Below are positions 58,018-64,000 of a stretch of 64,000 nt of DNA, piece by piece; position 1 is the stretch's first letter; the number at the start of each line of letters is the position of its first letter. Source of the stretch: Spirochaetia bacterium. Lineage in GTDB: Bacteria > Spirochaetota > Spirochaetia > SZUA-6 > Bin103. Below the pieces are notes generated by a model. That model searched no databases. It worked only from the letters and a program-made list of their open reading frames with translations, and was not told the origin of the DNA. The DNA lies in NCBI GenBank assembly GCA_965208575.1, contig CBDBOV010000002.1:742450-806449 (forward strand), read 5' to 3'. A program made the translations under genes and the position numbers.

Positions 58018-58863
58018 ATGATTAGGCAGATCGTTTCCGGGTTCCTGCACGGTCACGACCCTATCATCGCCGAGAGGTGGTACTACCGCTACCACTGCAA
58101 GGAGGTGGTGCGGGCCTTTGGCCCGTGGCTGCGCAGATACGAGACCTACAAGACCTTGCCCCCGCCCCCGCAGGCCGAACGCTTTGGCGTACGCGGCGGC
58201 TTCCTGACCGAGCTCTGGTATGCCAACCTGGAAGACTACGTGGAAGCAGAACCCTACGACAGAAAATGGACTCCGATGCCCCCGCTCCGGGCGGGGACTG
58301 CCGAGGTGGAGCCGTGTCATATCCTGGTTCCGGCGCGGCCGACCGAGGATTTCCTGGGCAGGGAGCCGGCTCCGGAGGAGGGCACGATAGTGCGCTGGTT
58401 CTGCGTGTTCCGATACCCGCAAGGCGTCTCCAACGCCTTTCTGCTGTGCCCGGTGTTTGCCTTCCTCTACCCGATCCGCAAGGCTCGTCTCGGCAGCCTT
58501 GCCGCGTCACCGGGCATCGAGGGAACGGACGACCGGAGCAGGGTCGCCAACCTTCTGGCCGCCCTGGATGAGCTCAAGGCGAAGGTAGGCATTCCCCTGT
58601 CCATCAAGGATTCGGGTCTGGAGGAACAGCAGTGGCTGGATCAGATCGACCAACTGGCCGCCCGCGACGCCGAGGGCTACTACCGGCTTCGTCCGAATCT
58701 CAAGGACGCGAACGATGACATGGTGTTTGAATGCGCGGCCAACTTCGGCGCCGAAGTGATTGTCACGCATAACGTACGGGATTTCACGGATCCCGAGTTA
58801 AAGTACCAGATTGCAGCGCTACGGCCCGGAGAGTTCATTCGACGAATCAGGAGTGACGCATGA
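58018..58863 (+). pseudogene. In-frame three-part chimera: EthD-like N-part + Fe-alcohol dehydrogenase fragment + PIN toxin C-half
   Basis: ERWYYRYH..E..RRYE.Y..TELW; GVSNAFLL...LDELKAKVGIPLSIKDSG; RPNLKDANDDMVFECA....A..IVTHNVRDF....PGEF. Confidence 0.7.
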
Positions 58864-59120
58864 AGACGATGCAGGTAAGGTTCCCCGACCGCGTACATGA
58901 GCGACTCAAGGAACTCGCCGGGGAAGACGGCGTCTCTCTGAACAGCTTTATCGTGGCGTCGGTGAACAACGAGGTGATCCGGCAAGAAACGCGGGACTTC
59001 TTCAGGGATGCCGCGGCCAACTACCATCCACAGGCGTTCGCGGAGGCGCTCGCATCCGTTGCCGACGCACCGATAGAGGATTCGGATCTAATCGGCGATG
59101 CGGAGGAGACGTCCGACTGA
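58860..59120 (+). CDS. HicB-like/RHH antitoxin
   Basis: MQVRFPDRVHERLKELAGEDGVSLNSFIV; start overlaps the PIN stop. Confidence 0.82.
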   Translation: MKTMQVRFPDRVHERLKELAGEDGVSLNSFIVASVNNEVIRQETRDFFRDAAANYHPQAFAEALASVADAPIEDSDLIGDAEETSD

Positions 59121-59473
59121 CGAGCGGACGCCTCTTCGATCCGGGGCGCTCCTGGACCTGGACGTTGGTCTCGCGCGTGCTCGCGTGCTCGACCCGTTCC
59201 CGGGGCCTTTGTTCGGACTCGCCGACTCGCCGGGGGGCCATTGCACGGGGCGCCTTGGAGACGATAGAGTCAGTGTCTGGCTGCTGGACGGCTGCTTCGG
59301 GCTGCGGTAGTGAGCAAGCCGAACCGAGAGGTACCAGACGAACTGATCGACACCAACGTGCGCATCGACTACGGCAAGCTGCGCCACCTGCTTTAGTCTT
59401 TTACCACTCGCGAGTAGTATTCCTCATTCCGTCGAGCACTTACGACGTATGGGCTCTTCACGAAGCGGCTCTT

Positions 59474-60934
59474 TTACCATTTGGCGTCGCCCGTGCGCTT
59501 CTGCCACCGGGCAATCTCTTCCTTCAGTCTATCCACAATGGGCGCGCTCTCCGTTCGGTAGAACAAGTTCTCTGTCTCTCCGGGATCCGAGGACAGGTCA
59601 TAGAGTTCGTGCTCTCCGCGTTGACTATGGTTCAATTTCCACCCGTCGGGTGTGACCACGGTCCGAACCGGGTCGGAAACGGCCGTCTCCACTTCCTCGC
59701 GTGAAACCACTCCTTCGAGCGCGGAAGGCATCGGGAAGCTGCCCCATTCTTCTCCCACGAAGCCGGTGTTGTGACCATTCCATTCAATGAAGACACTCCC
59801 AGTGCTGGTTGCTTTTTCGGTCTCAAGTAGTCCACGGAGACTCTTTCCCTGCAGGTGCGGTGGTATCGGTTGGTTCATTAAATCAAGTAGCGTGGGGACG
59901 ACATCAATATGGCTGACTGGTCCGCTGACGTGCTTCCACTGATCCTGGTTGGGAAGACGAATCATCAACGGAACACGGACAGCCTCTTCGAACATCACGC
60001 TTTTCGCTGTCAGACCATGACTTCCCATCATATCGCCATGATCGGAGGTGAATACCACGATGGTATTGTCACTCAGGCCCGATTCCTCCAGCGTATTGAG
60101 AATAGTGCCGATATGTGTGTCGATAAGACTGCAGAGGCCCCAGTAGTTAGCGATCAGGCGTCGCCAGTCTTCCGGGGTCCGCAACGGCATGCCGCTATGG
60201 CCCCATTCGCGATAGGCTTGCGCGAATGCGCGAGCCTTCAGGGGCTGCGAGTCATCTAATACTGCGTCGAAGTTCGGCGGCAAGGGGATTGTTCGAGGGT
60301 CATACTGATTGTCCCGTGGCCCAAAGTAAGGCATGTGCGGCTCAAGGAAGTTTACATACAGAGCGAAAGGGTCATTTCTATTTGCACGGATGAAACGAGA
60401 TGCTTCGCGAGCGAGAAATGCCGGTTTGCCGTGTTCTTCCGGGAGTCGTGCGGCCTCCTCTCGACTGAATGTCTTACCATTCCGTGGAGCAAGGCCGCAT
60501 TCTATCAGGTAATGATGGTAGCCGGAACGAATACTCCGGTCTTTACCTTTGCCGTTGTATTGGTTATAGCCGTCCTCGATTCCGATCCATTCACCAAAAC
60601 CGTGTTGGGCGTAGAGTTCATCGCCCAGATGCCATTTGCCGAAGTGAGCGGTCACGTAGTCTCCGCCGGCGAGCATTTCCGGCAGGCACAGTGTCTCCGG
60701 TCGAAGCGGCACATTGTTCGCTGTGCAGCCATTTGTGTGCGGGTAGAGACCCGTCAGCAGTGTCGAGCGCGACGGTGTGCAAACCGGCTGCGTGACATAG
60801 GCCTGGTCGAATACCACTGACCGTTCGGCAAGCCGATTGAGATTCGGCATGGAGATCTCGGAGTTGCCATAGGCCTCAAGAGTGTTGAATGCCTGTTCGT
60901 CTGTGTAGATGAAAAGAAGATTCGGATTGTTCAT
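59474..60934 (-). CDS. Cys-type sulfatase (lower GC)
   Basis: PNLLFIYTDEQ, CTPSR, GKWH, EPH.P, TSDHG, ELYDL..DPGE. Confidence 0.93.
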   Translation of the reverse strand: MNNPNLLFIYTDEQAFNTLEAYGNSEISMPNLNRLAERSVVFDQAYVTQPVCTPSRSTLLTGLYPHTNGCTANNVPLRPETLCLPEMLAGGDYVTAHFGKWHLGDELYAQHGFGEWIGIEDGYNQYNGKGKDRSIRSGYHHYLIECGLAPRNGKTFSREEAARLPEEHGKPAFLAREASRFIRANRNDPFALYVNFLEPHMPYFGPRDNQYDPRTIPLPPNFDAVLDDSQPLKARAFAQAYREWGHSGMPLRTPEDWRRLIANYWGLCSLIDTHIGTILNTLEESGLSDNTIVVFTSDHGDMMGSHGLTAKSVMFEEAVRVPLMIRLPNQDQWKHVSGPVSHIDVVPTLLDLMNQPIPPHLQGKSLRGLLETEKATSTGSVFIEWNGHNTGFVGEEWGSFPMPSALEGVVSREEVETAVSDPVRTVVTPDGWKLNHSQRGEHELYDLSSDPGETENLFYRTESAPIVDRLKEEIARWQKRTGDAKW

Positions 60935-61031
60935 CTCTTTCGGGCTAGTGTACGCTATACGGAAAAATTTGCAAGCAATTTTCGCGTCAATTCAGCAAAA
61001 AAGCCGATTTCTTGCCACAGTTGGCGCGAAA

Positions 61032-61200
61032 TGCTGCTCCCCAGAAACGGAGAGCCACCCTTAAGACAGATGGTAGCATGAGGAGGAAGGGTGAAAGCCG
61101 TGACAGAGAAAGAGGAGAGAGGGGCGGAGTCAGTGCAGCGCTGGACGGCCAAGAGGCGCTCCGCGCTGGTGCTGAGCATCCTGCGGGGTGAGACTAGCGC
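61032..61200 (+). mobile_element. IS3-like left end and truncated OrfA (DUF1153-like HTH)
   Basis: TGCTGCTCCCCAGAAACGGAGAGCCA end motif; GGAGG RBS; RWTAKRRSALVLSILRGETS then breaks. Confidence 0.62.
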
Positions 61201-61246
61201 TCGAGCCGGTTACACCAGCCACTTTGTTCTTCAGTCCAAGGTCCAT
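61199..61246 (-). pseudogene. SDR gene stub (first 16 codons)
   Basis: AAGGAGA RBS, then MDLGLKNKVAGVTGSS, cut at the IS3 remnant. Confidence 0.65.
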
Positions 61247-61368
61247 CCGTTTCTCCTTCCGTTATGCCGTGGTCCCACGACGCCCCTATCGCTCCTCTCC
61301 GTCGTTTTGCGGCAAGCTGCGGACTTTAGCGCCAAATGCGTAGCGTAATGCGTCATTGGGATGTGACC

Positions 61369-62478
61369 TTACCTGTACGGATCCGCAGCATCTCGGAGTC
61401 CGTCACCAAAAAAGTTAAACATCATTACGGTGACAATCACAAAGATGCACGGCAGCAGCACCCAAGATTGCTGTGAAATGACTTGCAGACTTTGTGCATC
61501 CCGCAAAAGAGTTCCCCAACTGACCGCGGGGGCTTGCATACCTAATCCCAAAAAACTTAGGGCCGTCTCTCCAAGAATCATTCCCGGTATCTCCAAAGTA
61601 AGTGAAACCAGAATATAGCTGAGAAACGAAGGTATTAAGTGCCGGAATATTATTGATAGTTGGGGTGATGCCGATACCTTTGCCGCCATCACGAAATCTT
61701 CATTGCGAAGCGAAAGAAATTTGCCTCGCACGACGCGCGCAAGCCTGACCCAGCCAAGTAGCGATAGGATGATCGTTATTGCAAAATAAGTCGCTACAAC
61801 TGACCAATCCCCGGGCACTGCGGCAGCCAATGCCATCCAAAGTGGTATAGCCGGCAAGGAGGCTAGTAGATCAACCGCGCGCATGACTATGGTATCCACC
61901 GTGCCGCCAAAATATCCTGCAATCCCGCCCAATAGTATTCCAAAAAAAGTGCTGAGAAAGACCCCGATCAGTCCGACCGAAAGAGAAATGCGAGATGCAT
62001 ATACAATCCGCGTAAAGAGATCTCTGCCCAAGCGGTCGGTGCCGAACAGAAACAACGGCGCGCCCTCTTCTGAAGCAAATAGATGCACATCGGTCTCAAA
62101 TAATCCCCAAAATTTGTATGTGCTGCCTCTAGAAAATAGGGAAACCGGATACTTCCGATCCTCATTCGGAACATAGATAAATATCAGCGTCTTAGGATCT
62201 CTCTCTCGTTCCAGCCCTACCACGTAGGGAGAAAGCCTAAAGCCATTGTCCATATCGAATAAGCGGATAGCATTTGGAGGGCAGCTCGTATATTCTCGGA
62301 ACCGTTCATTAGGTGTGAACGGACTTATCATCTCGCAGAATATTGCCACGAAATATAAGCATGCCAAAACGACGGCTGAGAAAATGGCCAGCTTATGCTT
62401 CTTCAGCTTGAGCCACATCAGCTGCCATTGCGAGGCTACGTAGTAGCTATCTACCTTTTGTGCCTTCCTATCCTTCAT
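61369..62478 (-). CDS. ABC permease (OppC-like), low GC
   Basis: SQWQLMW, GTDRLGRD, ETALSFLGLG, GDGLRDAADPY. Confidence 0.92.
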   Translation of the reverse strand: MKDRKAQKVDSYYVASQWQLMWLKLKKHKLAIFSAVVLACLYFVAIFCEMISPFTPNERFREYTSCPPNAIRLFDMDNGFRLSPYVVGLERERDPKTLIFIYVPNEDRKYPVSLFSRGSTYKFWGLFETDVHLFASEEGAPLFLFGTDRLGRDLFTRIVYASRISLSVGLIGVFLSTFFGILLGGIAGYFGGTVDTIVMRAVDLLASLPAIPLWMALAAAVPGDWSVVATYFAITIILSLLGWVRLARVVRGKFLSLRNEDFVMAAKVSASPQLSIIFRHLIPSFLSYILVSLTLEIPGMILGETALSFLGLGMQAPAVSWGTLLRDAQSLQVISQQSWVLLPCIFVIVTVMMFNFFGDGLRDAADPYR

Positions 62479-63476
62479 CCCTCTATTCCTTTGAATTCGA
62501 TCCGTGGATCAATCCATGCCAGGATGATGTCGGAAAGAAGGTTTCCTGTGAGTATCAAAAAACTGAGTATCATCACGATACTTCCAGCAAGGTACATATC
62601 TTGGGATAATAAGGCGGCTAAGAGAAGCGGTCCCGTTGTTGGCAGGTTCAGGACGACCGAAGTAATTGTAGCCCCGGAAATCGTCGCGGGGAGCAACCAA
62701 CCTAATCCGCTTATAACGGGATTCAGAGCGATGCGAACAGGATATTTGAAGAGAAGTTTCGTTTCAGCAAGCCCCTTCGCTCGGGCAGTGATAACGTACT
62801 GTTTTCGAAGCTCGTCTAACAAGCTTCCTCTGAGAACGCGGATGAGCCCGGCCATGCCGGCCGTACCGATAACAACGACGGCAACCCAGATGTGCTGGAA
62901 TAGATCCCCTAGCTTCGCCAAGCTCCAAGGGGCATCAACATATTCAGAAGAGAAAAGCCCGGTAATAGCAATGCCGAAATGCTTAAACGAGATCCACAAG
63001 AGAACCAGGGCAAGAAGGAAATTCGGCATTGCCAAACCGATAAATCCGACAGATGTAAAAAAATAATCAAAGGGTGAATACTGTCGCACGGCTGACAATA
63101 TTCCTATTGGGATTGCAACAATGTAGGTGAAAACAATAGTGGTAATGGATAACAGCATGGTCGTTGCTACTCGGTCGCCTATTAGGTCGGACACCGCCTG
63201 TTGATACGCAAACGACCAACCGAAGTTGCCTTTAAATAAGATATTTGTAATCCACTTGAAATAGCGAACGTACATCGGCTGATCTAAGCCATAAAACTCC
63301 TTCAAGTTTTCGACTTGTGCGAGTGACAGAATATCACCCTGTTCCTCAAGGCTCTTAATATGAATAGTCAGTATATCGCCGGGAGGGAGCTCAATTATAA
63401 CATAACTTATTATAGATACAGAGATGAGAAGCGGAATAAACTGTAAAGTGCGACGAATAATGTAGGACAGCAGCAC
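62475..63476 (-). CDS. ABC permease (OppB-like), low GC
   Basis: ELPPGD, YVITARAKG, KYPVRIALNP, IDPRI; AGGAG RBS before GTG 63476. Confidence 0.92.
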   Translation of the reverse strand: MLLSYIIRRTLQFIPLLISVSIISYVIIELPPGDILTIHIKSLEEQGDILSLAQVENLKEFYGLDQPMYVRYFKWITNILFKGNFGWSFAYQQAVSDLIGDRVATTMLLSITTIVFTYIVAIPIGILSAVRQYSPFDYFFTSVGFIGLAMPNFLLALVLLWISFKHFGIAITGLFSSEYVDAPWSLAKLGDLFQHIWVAVVVIGTAGMAGLIRVLRGSLLDELRKQYVITARAKGLAETKLLFKYPVRIALNPVISGLGWLLPATISGATITSVVLNLPTTGPLLLAALLSQDMYLAGSIVMILSFLILTGNLLSDIILAWIDPRIEFKGIEG

Positions 63477-63524
63477 TTCATTGCTCCTGGTCGGCGATGG
63501 GCGATATGACTTTCCTATAAACAA

Positions 63525-63554
63525 GTAGGGCACCGCATGTAATCGGTGCCCTAC
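63525..63554. repeat. GTAG-family REP-like palindrome
   Basis: GTAGGGCACCG-N8-CGGTGCCCTAC, perfect 11-bp stem between binding protein and permease. Confidence 0.6.
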
Positions 63555-63568
63555 CCTCAAACACGATC

Positions 63569-64000
63569 TTATCGGAAACTGTTTATAATAACAGGCTGCG
63601 GCGGATTATGCAGAATGTGAATAAGGGGAATGTAGTCGTAAAACTTGCTCCTAAACTCCTGATATACGTCTTCATCCCACGCAAGCCCGGGACCCATTTT
63701 AAGTCCCAGATCTAGCAATTCCAGCCACCAGTCGTGCGGCCTTGTTCCTTCCACTCCGCCTGTATCGACCCAGCTTCGATAACTGGAAAATCGCCCGTGC
63801 AAGAATCGTTTCGCATGACCGAATGCATAGAGCGTTACATTTTCATCACTGTCTACAGTTATTTTCGGTTGATTGGCCTCGAGCCGCTGATCGTATAGAC
63901 TCAGATCAATCACTTTGAAGCTTGCGTGCAAACCCACGGCTCTTAAATGATCGACAACGAGCTCTGTCACCGGTACTCTATCTGGATACCGGGCATGAAT
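63569..64000 (-). CDS. ABC substrate-binding protein, C-terminal part (runs off window end)
   Basis: ELVVDHLRAVG, W..TGGVEG..P parallel the C-terminus of 45595-47523; lies upstream of the permeases. Confidence 0.8.
   Translation of the reverse strand: MHARYPDRVPVTELVVDHLRAVGLHASFKVIDLSLYDQRLEANQPKITVDSDENVTLYAFGHAKRFLHGRFSSYRSWVDTGGVEGTRPHDWWLELLDLGLKMGPGLAWDEDVYQEFRSKFYDYIPLIHILHNPPQPVIINSFR

Larger units (their letters stand above)
55039..58025 (+). pseudogene. Gfo/Idh/MocA oxidoreductase, frameshifted near 55255 and split by IS1634
   Basis: IVGTGRIS..H, CEKP, FRHHP; removing the IS and one TSD restores LTFS-GGRTAL in frame, ending ...VDAVFES. Confidence 0.88.

Noticed and set aside
63555-63600. 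Possible C-terminal truncation of the last binding protein
   Set aside because: It ends about 25 aa earlier than its paralogue, but natural length variation cannot be excluded without homologues.
1-64000. rRNA, tRNA, CRISPR array, prophage or integron
   Set aside because: No such signatures seen by eye; no integrase, attC-like array or phage structural cluster.

Overview
High-GC bacterial chromosome segment, by eye about 68-70% GC with several clearly lower-GC patches. Gene content (sulfatases, Opp/Dpp-type ABC importers, PhyH dioxygenases, many toxin-antitoxin loci, ptsP next to a PHP phosphatase) resembles a host-associated heterotroph such as a sponge-symbiont spirochaete; that is inference only. 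The metabolic backbone comprises three Cys-type sulfatases, an aldo/keto reductase, a LamG+GH32-like hydrolase, galM, a class III aminotransferase, ArsI/ArsR, a serine hydrolase, a sugar-catabolic operon led by an FGE-fold fusion protein, a xanthine-dehydrogenase-type Mo subunit, ptsP, a two-component system and three ABC clusters. It is interrupted by nine toxin-antitoxin loci, five with a clearly broken toxin and a sixth with an insertion in the active-site motif. Mobile DNA includes an IS1634 with a 6-bp TSD, a composite ISNCY-type element with about 65-bp TIRs, a 5-bp TSD and a duplicated structured 3' non-coding motif, a MITE, a REP and an IS3 stub. Many chimeric junctions join fragments of unrelated genes. 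Best novelty candidates: a glycine-rich tail-fibre-like gene translationally coupled to an Xre/MbcA-RES pair; a two-allele tandem duplication at 21-25.6 kb; a putative transposon-encoded structured RNA; and selective toxin knock-outs. No rRNA, tRNA or CRISPR array was seen. Several single-base frameshifts could be sequencing errors.
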